Assembly (NCBI GenBank): GCA_965214705.1
Contig: CBDCCI010000002.1
Coordinates: 768,001 to 832,000, forward strand
Direction: 5' to 3'
DNA: 64,000 nt
DNA from: Alphaproteobacteria bacterium
GTDB taxonomy: Bacteria > Pseudomonadota > Alphaproteobacteria > UBA828
Shown here: positions 9,509-19,375 of the stretch, piece after piece
How positions within the stretch are numbered: position 1 is the stretch's first letter
Layout: every line of letters begins with the position of its first letter
Notes under the pieces: model-generated
Database searches by the model: none
What the model saw: only the letters and a program-made list of their open reading frames with translations
What the model was told of the DNA's origin: nothing
Made by a program: the position numbers and the translations under genes

Positions 9509-10479
9509 GGCATTCCGTCCAACAGTCGTTCCGCCGCCATGGAAACGCGCTCATCGCGGTGATCGCGGAACTGCGCGTAGAGCGACAGCGGATCCACGGT
9601 GCGCGCAGTGGACAAGGCGGCCGGGTCATATGACCAGGTTTCCACGATATGGGAAGCTTGATCCCGGTCGGTTTCGAACAGCCCATGGGTCTGGGCGACA
9701 ATCTTCCAATCGCTGGCCGCGACCGCGAAAGCCGGCAGCGGCGGCGGGGACAGGTCTGTGAGATCGGCGAGCGCGCTCTCGCCTGCGTGTTTCAAAGGCG
9801 GAGGGGGGTGAGCGTCTCGAATGAACTTCTCGGTGCGCACAGGGCTGCGGAGCAGGTCGTGCGCGGCATCGAACAGTTGCCTGCCCTCGGCCTGGAATCG
9901 GATATGCCGCTCCTTGCCGTGTCTTTCGGTATGGGCCAGCCCGGCACCGACCAGATCGTCGAACGCGCGGCCGATCGACATGGCCGAGTAGTGCAGCTGT
10001 GCCGCTACGAGGGATGGGGCTGTCACGGTCTCGTCGAGCCGCAGGAGGCGATGGAACAATACCGCCTGGGCCGCCGGCGAGAGGCCGGCTGCGCGACGTG
10101 GCTTCGGCGTGCGGAAGCGTTCGCGCAAGTCCATCGCGAGGTCAGGGATGTAGAGCTGCTTGCCGGGCACGACGAACGGGATTCGTCGTTCGATGAGGCG
10201 CGAGCGGTTGTGCGCGCTCAGCCACGGAGCGACGAAGACGACGATCGCGTCAACGGCGGGGCGGACCAGGGCGACATGCTTGGCGATGTCGGATGGCGTG
10301 GCGGCGTTGTCGACGGTCGCAAGGAAGATGCATCGCCTTCCAGCCACGTGGCCTTCAAGGAGGCTGTACATGCGGGAAAGAAATGATGGGAGGCCGGGCG
10401 CGCCGTCGAGCGCAGCGACCCTTGCGGGTTCGTGAAGGGTATCTTCGAGATAGCGCTGGAGCGCGGCGGCGATTGGCAT
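9502..10479 (-). CDS. wHTH-containing partner of the nucleotidyltransferase (AbiEi-like antitoxin)
   Basis: IPFVVPGKQLYIP, HTH segment LHYSAMSIGRAFDDL, AGESALA, VDPLSLY...DERV. Overlaps the downstream gene. Confidence 0.7.
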   Translation of the reverse strand: MPIAAALQRYLEDTLHEPARVAALDGAPGLPSFLSRMYSLLEGHVAGRRCIFLATVDNAATPSDIAKHVALVRPAVDAIVVFVAPWLSAHNRSRLIERRIPFVVPGKQLYIPDLAMDLRERFRTPKPRRAAGLSPAAQAVLFHRLLRLDETVTAPSLVAAQLHYSAMSIGRAFDDLVGAGLAHTERHGKERHIRFQAEGRQLFDAAHDLLRSPVRTEKFIRDAHPPPPLKHAGESALADLTDLSPPPLPAFAVAASDWKIVAQTHGLFETDRDQASHIVETWSYDPAALSTARTVDPLSLYAQFRDHRDERVSMAAERLLDGMPW

Positions 10480-10774
10480 TGCCAACGTTTCGCGGTTTAT
10501 TACTAACGTCATAATGCATGCTAACACTATCAATGTTAGTGTGCAAAGATGTCGTTACAGACGTGTCGGTTCGCCGCAAAATGCCCTCCCGAGTCGGGCT
10601 CGCGGATGTCGCGCACCGCCTTGAGGCGGTCGGGCATGTGCTCGGGCCTGGTGGCGTACTGGTTGCGCCCGCTCTTCAGACGGTGCAACCAACGCTCAAC
10701 CAACCACATTCGATCCGAACTTCTCGACGCTACGGTTGGGGCGGGTCGGGCTGTCGATCCTTCCCGCCGTCGCG

Positions 10775-11191
10775 CTACGCGCCGCCGGGTGCATCCAGCC
10801 CGACGGCCTGCGCCGCAGCGGCCAGCGCCCGGTCCAGGGTCGCAAGCGGCAGCCGCATGCGCAGCGCGAGCTCGAGATTCATAGCATCGTAGACGGAGAG
10901 GTTGTGCTCGTCGGCGAGAGCGAGCGCAGGGCCCCATACGCGGGATGCAGATACCGGGTCGATCTCGATGGGCAGCGCTTCCAGGCTGGCGCACACGGCG
11001 GGCCACTCGTCCGCGCGAAGGCGGCCGCGTTTGGTAGCTGCGAGCAACACGCTGCCGACCTCGACCGGCCAGAGGGAGGGGACGAAGGCGCGGTCGTCGA
11101 TGAGGGAGTCCCGCAAGCGGGCCGTCGCCTCGGTCGCCTCGTCGGCGAAAACCCATGCCATGGAGACCGAGCAGTCGAGGACGAAGGGCAT
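10775..11191 (-). CDS. vapC: PIN-domain VapC toxin
   Basis: FVLDCS, LWPVE, LSVYDA and LATLD acidic PIN motifs. Confidence 0.9.
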   Translation of the reverse strand: MPFVLDCSVSMAWVFADEATEATARLRDSLIDDRAFVPSLWPVEVGSVLLAATKRGRLRADEWPAVCASLEALPIEIDPVSASRVWGPALALADEHNLSVYDAMNLELALRMRLPLATLDRALAAAAQAVGLDAPGGA

Positions 11192-11421
11192 CAGTACCTG
11201 CGCGCTTCCTCGACGATACTGCGCACCGACAGCCCTCCGAGGCTGTGGGTCTCCTGGAACGCTCTCAGGGTGTCGATCGCGCTCCGCACCTTGGCGGCAT
11301 CGCGCTGCCGGAAGGGAATGAGCTCGGCCACCGGACGGCTGTGCTTGGTGATGACGAAGCGTTCGCCCGCTTCGACGCGCTGGAGTAGCTTGGGCAAATG
11401 CGTCTTGGCCTCGAATGCGCC
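11191..11421 (-). pseudogene. Phd/YefM antitoxin missing its start codon
   Basis: GAFEAKTHLPKLLQRVEAGERFVITKHSRPVAEL; the 5' end is replaced by IS1595 sequence. Confidence 0.85.
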
Positions 11422-12066
11422 GAACTCGGCCGCCGGCTGGGGGTCAAGCAGCCGACGGCCTGGGCCATGAAGCACAAGATCATGGCGGTGATGGCGCGGC
11501 GCGAGGGACAGACGCGGCTCGACGGGCGGGTGGAGATGGACGACGCCTATCTCGGCGGCAGGCGTTCCGGCGGCAAGCGGGGCCGGGGCGCAGCCGGCAA
11601 GACGCCCTTCGTGGCGGCGGTCTCGACCGGCCCCAAGGGGCGCCCGCGCAAGCTCAAGCTGGTGCCGGTCAGGGGCTTCCGCAAGCGCGAGATCGCGCGC
11701 GGCGCCCCGCGCTGGCTGGCTCCCGGATCGGAGGTCGTCACCGATGGTCTCGGCTGTTGGCGTGTGCTCGGCGAGGGCCCCTGCAGCCATCGCCCAGTCC
11801 TCACCGGCTCGGGACCCAAGGCGGCCCGCGCGCCGTCTTTCAAATGGGTCAACACAACGCTGGGCAACATCAAGAGCGCGATCACCGGAACCTACCGCAA
11901 GACCGGCCCCGATCATGCCGAGCGCTACCTCGCCAGCTTCGCCTGGCGCTACAACCGGCGCTACCACCTCAGGACCATGATCCCGCGCTTCGTCCACAGC
12001 GCCGCACGAACCAGCCCCGTGCCCTAACAAACCCTCATCACTGGATGAAAATCACGGATAAGCAGG
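11422..12066 (+). mobile_element. IS1595-family remnant (5'-truncated transposase, right end retained)
   Basis: ELGRRLGVKQPTAW, VEMDDAYLGG, GKRGRGAAGKTP, VTDG, YLASFAWRYNRR. No N-terminal Zn ribbon. Ends in GGATAAGCAGG. Confidence 0.85.
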
Positions 12067-12444
12067 TTCAAAAATGTAGATATCACAATCTCAGTGTGCG
12101 GCAAGCGCTCAGCTTCGCGCCGGAGAAACCGCGCACCTTGATATGGCACAGGGTCCCGCCTCCGCTCGCAAGCAACGGGCCGGTGGTGCCCGTCACGCAA
12201 TGAAGAAGCTCGTGGCCGCTCAACGCGACCAGTTGCGAGCTCTTCGCGCTTGGGTGGCGACACCGCTACGACGATTTCCCAAGCCGAGATGCCCGGACAT
12301 GGTTGAGCGTTCCGAAAGAATTGTTGATGAGTGCCCTGACTCTCTTATATATGCATTTCAGGCATCTTATCCATAAGATTAACGCATAATAAATCGCTGC
12401 ATGTCTCACCCGAGAAAGGAGACAGGCGACCTGGCGGCAGGGGC

Positions 12445-15400
12445 GTGAACGACAACGATGGGATGGCAACGTTCCCGGCACTTTTGACGCGGGTCTCGGC
12501 TGTCCTTGCTTGTCTCGTCGGCCTGATGTCGGCGGCCGAGCCAGCCGGGGCCGACCAACTGACGTCCTCGGCAGGCGGCATCCGCGCCGGTTTCGTCGAT
12601 GTGACCGAGACGGTCGGCCTGAGCTATCGCGTCAAGACGGGCGACGAGGAAGCCGCTCCGGAATTGAGCGAGGGAGGCCGGGAGGACGGCGGCCTCGCCC
12701 TTGCCGATGTTGACGGCGACGGCTGGCCCGAGCTCTACGTCGCCCACGGGGCCGGCGAGCCCGGCCGGCTCTTCAGCTGGAACGGACGCCGCTTCGTCCG
12801 CAGCCCCGAGAATGGCGGCATCGCGCCGGCGGCGATGGACCGGGCCGGCTACTTCATCGACCTCGACGAGGACGCCGTTCTGGATTTCCTTTCGATTCAC
12901 GCGGAGGGAACGCAGGCGTTCCGTAACGACGGCAGCGGGCGGTTTAGGGAGTTGCCCACCCCGTTCGGCGCCGGAACCGACCGCTCCGTCTATTCGATGG
13001 CCGCCGCGGATTACGACGGCGACGGCGACCTCGACCCCTTCTTCGCCCACTGGAACCTGCCCTGGAACGGGATCAGGCCGCCCGCCCGCTATCTCTGGCG
13101 CAACGACGGCAAGGGACGCTACGAGGACGTGAGCCACATGGTGCCGGTGCGCCCCGGTGTGGTCCCCCGCACCGGTGACACGCGCGAATTCTCCTTCACG
13201 CCGACCTTCGCCGACATCGACGGCGACGGCGACCCCGACATCCTGCTGGCCGCCGACTTCGGCGCGAGCCAGGTGCTGCGCAACGAAGCCGGCGCCGCCT
13301 TCACCGACATCACCGGTTCCGCCATCACCGACGAGAATGGCATGGGTGCCGCGGTGGGCGACTACGACCTCGACGGGGACATGGACTGGTTCGTTACCAG
13401 CATCCACGATGCGGAGGGCAGCTCCGGCTACGGCCCCACGGGCAACCGGCTCTATCGCAACCTCGGCGATGGCGTGTTCGAGGACGCGACCGACGCCGCC
13501 GGCGTGCGCGAAGGCGGTTGGGGCTGGGGCACCTGCCTCGCCGACTTCGACAACGACGGCCACCGGGATCTGTTCCTCACCAACGGCTGGTTCGGCGAAT
13601 ACGTCGAGGACGCGGACGGCAAGGAGCGGGAGATCACCGCGTTCCTCGAGGACCCGTCGCGGCTCTTCATGGCCAACGGCGACGGCACCTTCACGGAGCG
13701 TGGCGCGGCGCTGGGCATCCGCCACACCGGCCAGGGCCGGGGCGTGGTCTGCGCCGACTACGACGGCGACGGCCGGGTGGACATCCTCATCGCCAACCAC
13801 GGTGCCGCGCCCACGGTCTATCGCAACGTCTTCGAGAGCGGACACCACTGGCTTGCCATCGATCTCGCAGGCCAGCACGCCAACCCGCAAGCCATCGGCG
13901 CGCGGGTCACGGTGCGGACGGCCTCGGGCGACCAGGTGCAGGAGGTGCGGCTCGGGACCGCCTATCTCTCCCAGGCGCCGGCGACGCTGCACTTCGGGCT
14001 GGGCACCGACGAGGCAGCGCACGCCATCGAGGTGCGCTGGCCCGGCCCCGGCAACCAGGTCAGCCGGCTCGGAGCCATCGCCGCCGACCGGCGCATCACC
14101 ATCGACCAGGCGGAGCCCGAGGGTCATCTGCTGCGCGTCGCGCGCGGAACTGGCGCCGGCCTCTATGGCGAAGGCGAGCGGGCCGCCATCAGCGCGGAGC
14201 CGGCCCGCGGCCACTATCGCTTCAGTCACTGGAGCGCCGAGGGCCGCGGTGCGTTCGCCGATGCGCGCGCGCCGGTCACGACCTTCGCTATGCCGGCGGG
14301 GCCCGCGACCGTGTTCGCCTACTACCTGCCCGGCCCGGCGCGGGCGGATGCAGGCGTCTCGGTGGCGCGGCGCTGGATGGAGGTGCTGCTGCAGGCGATC
14401 CGCGACGACTTCGCCCGTCCCACGGTCCATGCCCGCAACCTCTTCCACCTCTCGGCCGCGATGTACGACGCCTGGACCGCATGGTCGACGGCGTCGTCCC
14501 CCTATCACTTTGGCGAGAGCGGTGCCCCCTGCCCGGCCGCGGACCCGCCGGCAGAGGCCGGCGACCTGAGACGCGCGCGTGCGGAGGCGATCAGTCACGC
14601 CGCCTGGCGGCTCGTCCGCCACCGCTTCCAGCATTCGCCGGGCGCCGCCTCGACGCTGCGCAATGCGGACACGCTGATGGCTGCGCTGGGTTTCGATACG
14701 GGCGCCGGTGCGGCCCTCGGGCCGGCGGCGGCGCTCGGCGCCTGCATCGGCGCGTTCTACATCGCTCGAGGGCTCGAGGACGGATCGAACGAAGCCAATG
14801 ACTACGCGAGCATCGCCTATCGCCCGGTCAACGAGGCGCTGGAGCCCGCCGAACCGGGCAATCCCGCGCTCACCGACCCCGACCGCTGGCAGCCCCTCGA
14901 CCTGGAGGTGTTCGTCGGCCAGTCGGGCATCGTCGAAGACGACATTCCCGAATTCGTGTCGCCCGAGTGGGGCCTGGTCACGCCGTTCGCGCTGGCCGAG
15001 GAGGACCTCACGGTCCATCACCGGGACGACACCGACTGGCTCGTCTATCACGACCCCGGCCCGCCGCCGTCTCTGCAGGGCCCGCTCGCCGAGCACTACA
15101 AGTGGGGTTTTGCACTGGTCGCCCGCTGGTCGGCCGCGCTCTCGCCCGAGGACGGGGTGCTTATCGATATCGCGCCGTCGGGCATCGGCAACATCGGCGC
15201 CCTGCCCCGGTCCATCGACGACTACCCCGCCTTCTACGACGGCAACCCGCACGGCCCCGGCCACGCGGTCAATCCCGCCACGGCTGAGCCCTACGCGCCC
15301 CAGGTCGTGCCGCTCGGCGACTACACCCGCGTGCTTGCGGAGTTCTGGGCCGACGGGCCCGATTCCGAGACCCCGCCCGGCCACTGGTTCGTGATCCTGA

Positions 15401-16176
15401 ACGCGGTGAGCGACCATCCGGCGCTGGTCAGGCGGCTCGGCGGCTCGGGGCCGGTGCTCGACCCGCTGGAATGGGAAGTGAAGACCTACTTCGCGCTGGG
15501 CGGCGCGATGCACGACGCCGCCATTGCCTCCTGGGGGATCAAGGGCTGGTACGACTACGTCCGGCCGATCTCGGCGCTCAGGTTCATGGCGGACCGGGGC
15601 CAGTCCAGCGACCCCGCGCTGCCCTCATGGTCGCCGGACGGCATCCCGCTCTCGCCCGGCCTCATCGAGCTGGTCGGCCCCGACGACCCCCTCGCGGGCG
15701 AGGACGGCGCGCATGTGGGAAAGATCAAGTTCCTGGCTTGGCGCGGGCCCGATCATGTGGCGGATCCCGCGACCGACGCAGCCGGCGTCGGCTGGAGCCT
15801 GGCGGAGACCTGGTGGCCCTACCAGCGGCCCTCCTTCGTCACGCCGCCCTTCGCAGGCTACGTCTCCGGCCATTCCACCTACTCGAGGGCTGCGGCGGAG
15901 GTGCTGACGGTGCTCACCGGCGACCCTTTCTTCCCCGGCGGCATGAGCGCGTTCCCGGCTCCGGCGAACGACTTCCTGGTCTTCGAGCGCGGGCCCTCGG
16001 TCGACATGACCCTGCAGTGGGCCACCTACCGCGACGCTGCCGACCAGTGCAGCCTGTCCCGCATCTGGGGTGGCATCCACCCCCCGGCCGATGACATTCC
16101 CGGCCGCCTGATCGGGGAGCGGGTGGGCCGCGATGCCGTCAAGCTGGCGCTATCGCTCTTCGCTGGTGGCGAATAA
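12445..16176 (+). CDS. Secreted FG-GAP/CRTAC1 (ASPIC-UnbV) protein fused to a vanadium haloperoxidase/PAP2-like domain (~1240 aa)
   Basis: Signal-like N-terminus; repeated DxDGDGxxD loops; AIGARV...YLSQ...LHFGLG; short beta repeat (YRFSHWS); C-terminal YDYVRPIS, PPFAGYVSGHS and SRIWGGIH. The start may be ATG 12463. Confidence 0.9.
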   Translation: MNDNDGMATFPALLTRVSAVLACLVGLMSAAEPAGADQLTSSAGGIRAGFVDVTETVGLSYRVKTGDEEAAPELSEGGREDGGLALADVDGDGWPELYVAHGAGEPGRLFSWNGRRFVRSPENGGIAPAAMDRAGYFIDLDEDAVLDFLSIHAEGTQAFRNDGSGRFRELPTPFGAGTDRSVYSMAAADYDGDGDLDPFFAHWNLPWNGIRPPARYLWRNDGKGRYEDVSHMVPVRPGVVPRTGDTREFSFTPTFADIDGDGDPDILLAADFGASQVLRNEAGAAFTDITGSAITDENGMGAAVGDYDLDGDMDWFVTSIHDAEGSSGYGPTGNRLYRNLGDGVFEDATDAAGVREGGWGWGTCLADFDNDGHRDLFLTNGWFGEYVEDADGKEREITAFLEDPSRLFMANGDGTFTERGAALGIRHTGQGRGVVCADYDGDGRVDILIANHGAAPTVYRNVFESGHHWLAIDLAGQHANPQAIGARVTVRTASGDQVQEVRLGTAYLSQAPATLHFGLGTDEAAHAIEVRWPGPGNQVSRLGAIAADRRITIDQAEPEGHLLRVARGTGAGLYGEGERAAISAEPARGHYRFSHWSAEGRGAFADARAPVTTFAMPAGPATVFAYYLPGPARADAGVSVARRWMEVLLQAIRDDFARPTVHARNLFHLSAAMYDAWTAWSTASSPYHFGESGAPCPAADPPAEAGDLRRARAEAISHAAWRLVRHRFQHSPGAASTLRNADTLMAALGFDTGAGAALGPAAALGACIGAFYIARGLEDGSNEANDYASIAYRPVNEALEPAEPGNPALTDPDRWQPLDLEVFVGQSGIVEDDIPEFVSPEWGLVTPFALAEEDLTVHHRDDTDWLVYHDPGPPPSLQGPLAEHYKWGFALVARWSAALSPEDGVLIDIAPSGIGNIGALPRSIDDYPAFYDGNPHGPGHAVNPATAEPYAPQVVPLGDYTRVLAEFWADGPDSETPPGHWFVILNAVSDHPALVRRLGGSGPVLDPLEWEVKTYFALGGAMHDAAIASWGIKGWYDYVRPISALRFMADRGQSSDPALPSWSPDGIPLSPGLIELVGPDDPLAGEDGAHVGKIKFLAWRGPDHVADPATDAAGVGWSLAETWWPYQRPSFVTPPFAGYVSGHSTYSRAAAEVLTVLTGDPFFPGGMSAFPAPANDFLVFERGPSVDMTLQWATYRDAADQCSLSRIWGGIHPPADDIPGRLIGERVGRDAVKLALSLFAGGE

Positions 16177-16284
16177 TCCCGGCGCGACGATTCGCCTGTC
16201 TGCGACACCTCGCCGGTCCTGAATCAATCCCGCCGCCGCCGCGCAGACCGTGGCCGCGGTGAGAAACGAGGGTTCAGCGTGCGG

Positions 16285-16604
16285 CAAGTCATTGTCAGGC
16301 GGCAAAGAGTGCCGCTGCGGCGGCTCATAGGAAATTGCGATTACAGGTATAATTATAAAGTATAGATATAGCTATAACGAATGTACTAGGCTGCGCGTAT
16401 GAGACGGTGCATGTCGCGAGCGGCGATGGAGACGGGTCACCCGAGGGTGCCGCGCCTCCCGGTGCGGGGCCGGCCCTACCGCTTTCGCAACGCGAATTCG
16501 ACGAACCACCCGGCGGCGCAACGAAGGGGCCCGGCAGGCCTTGCCGAGTCGGCTCATCACCCATGCCGCCACCCTGCTCCCAGCCTCCAGAAAGGAAGCG
16601 TGAA
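16285..16604 (+). promoter_or_regulatory. Duplicated promoter/leader of Cys-rich gene 1
   Basis: AT-rich block GGTATAATTATAAAGTATAGATATA, a ~200-nt GC-rich leader and RBS AAAGGAAG. Repeated at 19525-19545 plus 21164-21461. Confidence 0.75.
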
Positions 16605-17219
16605 ATGAGGACGCGACATTCGATTCTTGGCCTGTTGGCATTCGCATTGATCGTGGCCGTTGCGGGCGCAGCCTACGCCGCCTCCTGCAGCGGCTCCAAC
16701 CGGGTGTTCCATTCAAATGCCGAATGCCTGCACGGTTGGTGGGACAACAACGAGTGGCCCAAGGATTCGACGTTCGGAGTTCAAGGCTCCTGTTCAGACT
16801 GGGGCACGGTGGTCGCCAAGATCGAACTCGTCGGGGCGATGGACCGGACCTGGCACTTGAACAACGACAACAAACGAAGGGGTAGTTCAAGCTCAAGAGT
16901 CAATGGCATTCACTGCTGCAAGGATGTCGGTGACCTCTGCAATCACGACGACATGATGACCCCGGACAACTGTAAGAGCCAGTTTGAAGACAGCCCGGCC
17001 GCCAATACCTGTTATCTTTCAGGTGGCCAGTACTATGGCTCGGACGGTCTTTCTCCGGTCAGTGTGTTTGGCGAAGATTGCCACTTCTGGGCGAAGTGCG
17101 AGTACTACGACGAAAACTGGCTCAAACAAGAGAACGAAACCTCGATCGAAGGTGTCTGGTACCCCGATGCCGATACCCTGCGCAACTGTGATGGGGAGTT
17201 GAAGATAGGTAGATGTTGA
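16605..17219 (+). CDS. Secreted cysteine-rich protein 1 (204 aa, 12 Cys, C-terminal Cys)
   Basis: RBS, Sec signal ending AYA, lower GC than the flanks, paralog at 21462-24721. Confidence 0.9.
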   Translation: MRTRHSILGLLAFALIVAVAGAAYAASCSGSNRVFHSNAECLHGWWDNNEWPKDSTFGVQGSCSDWGTVVAKIELVGAMDRTWHLNNDNKRRGSSSSRVNGIHCCKDVGDLCNHDDMMTPDNCKSQFEDSPAANTCYLSGGQYYGSDGLSPVSVFGEDCHFWAKCEYYDENWLKQENETSIEGVWYPDADTLRNCDGELKIGRC

Positions 17220-17257
17220 AGCGAGGTTGAAGACCAAGTGCTTGACGCAAGTTCATT

Positions 17258-18936
17258 GGGTGTGATTCTCGTATGGCGATATGCCAGTCGTGATGGCGCT
17301 AAAGGATATGGGCTGGTTCATTTTGGTCAAGCAGCGAGTGCCAGGACTTCGGTTGGGCTGATGTTGTCGTTAGCTGGTCCGGATCGGGCGTCCATGAGCG
17401 CATCCCATGCCCGGTCGAAGAGGCCGGATTTGATCAGGGCGCGGAAGGTCAGAACCGCCTGCCCGCCGTCGATCCGCCAGCGCATGCCCGAGCGTTTCAA
17501 GCGCTGCGCGACGAGGGTCTTGCAGGCCGCCTCGACCACACCCGAGCCGATGGCGATGCCCTCTTCCTTCAGGGCGTGGTAGCGCATCCGATGGCGGTGC
17601 TTTCGGAAGAAGGCCAGTTCGCGCTCGATCTCGGCCGGGTCCCCCTTTGCCCTGTCCAGGAGGTAGCGCAGTGCCCGGATCACCTTGTCGACGCCGCGGG
17701 GGTCGTGGCGCAGGATTTCGCGGTGCTTCTCGAACCAGTGGCGCGCCACCGCATGGTCAGAGGCCACGCGGAGATGCTCGCAAGCGTGCCAGAAGTCGAT
17801 GACCTCGGTCTCGGGCGAGAGGCTTTCGAGGAAGGTCCAGTTGTCGGCGGCCCCGTCGGCGACGGCGCCGATCCTGATCTTCGGGCTCACACGGCGGATA
17901 TGGGCGACCTCGCTTGCAAGTTGCGCTTTCAGCGCGGCCTTGCCGCTCTCGGGCATACGGCCGAGATAGAGGGTCTTCAGCCGTTGGCCCTCGGCGTCGT
18001 GGAAGGAGACCGTGCCGCAAGAGGCCTCGCGCCAGCACGCCTCGGCACGGCCGTCCTCGCCGGCCCGCAGCGCCACCATGACGCCGTCAAGGGAGACGGA
18101 CGCGGTGACCGCATCGGGCGGTATGCCCTGGGTTTCACGGATGCTGGCCAGCGTCTCCGGGGCGACGCTCTCCCAGTGCTCATGCATGCTCAGGGCCAGG
18201 CGCTGCAGCGTGCTCACCGACGGCGTCATTCCGCCCATTTTCGCGAAGAACTCCTCCGCTTCACGCGGCGTACAGTGGCCCATCATCATCAGCCCGAGCT
18301 GCGCCGCCGGCCGCGTCAGGTAGTCGTCGATGAGGCCCAGGCTCTCGTCCACCGGCACCAGCGACGTGCTGCTCGCGCCGCTGCGATAGCGCGCACGCCG
18401 ATAGGTCACGGGACCGAGCGTCGTCATGATCGTCTTCGGCGTCGCCGCCACCCGGACCCAGCTCTGTCCGTCGCGCTCGATCCGGCTCGCACCGTCGTCG
18501 CGGCTCTCGGCGAAGGCCCCAAGGAGCTTGCAACCCAAGCCGTTCATGGCGTCCCGCAGCCCCGTCTCAACCGTTTCGAACGTCTCGGCAGACGGGTCAG
18601 ACCCAGCCTGTTCGCGACAGAACTCCACCACCTGGGCGACCGCTTCGGCGACTTCGGCAGGCAGGCCCAAAAGGTCGATGGACGAGGCGATGAGAGACTG
18701 CGACACTGGCATGGGAACGCTCCTGATGTTGGGTCTGATGTTGGGTTGTCGGCGCGGCATCCTACCGCATCTCGCGGTGCGGAGCGTTCCCACCCACCAC
18801 TGCTGGATGCCGCCGTTGTGACAAAATCCGGCCCTGCACCGGCCGATTGTCACGAAAACCCGATTCTGGCTGCCTACGGCCACCCGCCAATCGCGCTAAA
18901 TCAATGACTTACGATCGCCATGCCAGACCTACACCC
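17258..18936 (-). mobile_element. ISKra4/ISLre2-like (Mutator-type) insertion sequence
   Basis: Imperfect 23-bp TIRs GGGTGT...ATGGCGAT. 8-bp target duplication AGTTCATT at 17250-17257 and 18937-18944. Confidence 0.9.
17327..18712 (-). CDS. ISKra4-like DDE transposase
   Basis: SLDGVMV, ADGAADNW, IDFWHACEHL, IGSGVVEAACK...RLKRSGMRW. AGGAG precedes ATG 18712. Confidence 0.88.
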   Translation of the reverse strand: MPVSQSLIASSIDLLGLPAEVAEAVAQVVEFCREQAGSDPSAETFETVETGLRDAMNGLGCKLLGAFAESRDDGASRIERDGQSWVRVAATPKTIMTTLGPVTYRRARYRSGASSTSLVPVDESLGLIDDYLTRPAAQLGLMMMGHCTPREAEEFFAKMGGMTPSVSTLQRLALSMHEHWESVAPETLASIRETQGIPPDAVTASVSLDGVMVALRAGEDGRAEACWREASCGTVSFHDAEGQRLKTLYLGRMPESGKAALKAQLASEVAHIRRVSPKIRIGAVADGAADNWTFLESLSPETEVIDFWHACEHLRVASDHAVARHWFEKHREILRHDPRGVDKVIRALRYLLDRAKGDPAEIERELAFFRKHRHRMRYHALKEEGIAIGSGVVEAACKTLVAQRLKRSGMRWRIDGGQAVLTFRALIKSGLFDRAWDALMDARSGPANDNISPTEVLALAA

Positions 18937-19084
18937 AGTTCATTCCAAGTAGGCTAGTTGGGGAGGGGAGCCCGCAGGATGAACACCGGAGCGTGGAGAA
19001 ACCGGACATCGGTATCTTTCGTATTCCGTCTTCTCATGCTGGCCGGCACCTTGAAATCCGCCGCCTGAACATGTCCGGCCCTAG

Positions 19085-19375
19085 CCCGGCTTTCTCACCA
19101 AGGTCATGGTCTGCGCGGCGCTGTCCGGGCGACAGGGCAGGAAAGGCGCGCAGCGCGATGCAGGGACATCGGGCAAGCGACTTGACGAACCCTGTCGCCC
19201 GGAGAGCGCCGCCCTTCGGGTCGCGCCCAGGCGCCCGCCCGCGTCGCGCGTTCCACGCGCGCGGGAGCGCGCGATGCGGGCCTCAACCGTATTCCCCGAT
19301 ACGCTTTTCGGCCCGCTTCTTGCGGATAGAACACCTGGGAGCGACGCAGGCCGTGACATTGGTGAGAAATCCGGG
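19085..19375. mobile_element. Putative MITE (291 bp, non-coding)
   Basis: ~31-bp imperfect TIRs CCCGGCTTTCTCACCAAGGTCATGGTCTGCG / CGCAGGCCGTGACATTGGTGAGAAATCCGGG, flanked by CTAG and CTAA. Confidence 0.75.

Noticed and set aside
11191-12030. 279-aa extended antitoxin
   Set aside because: The N-terminal part is antisense IS1595 sequence.
12406-15513. Long antisense ORFs (also 4283-6934, 31817-34195, 42857-44779, 49289-51940)
   Set aside because: Shadows of real genes caused by high-GC codon bias; no motifs.
16328-16349. lux-box in the duplicated leader
   Set aside because: Only a half-site (TACAGGT), not palindromic, and no LuxR gene in the window.
16399-16608. 69-aa upstream ORF present in both leaders (also 21256-21465), with its stop overlapping the Cys-rich ATG
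   Set aside because: Nearly all differences between the copies change amino acids and there is no clear RBS. Open frames arise easily at this GC content. Kept only as a weak possibility.
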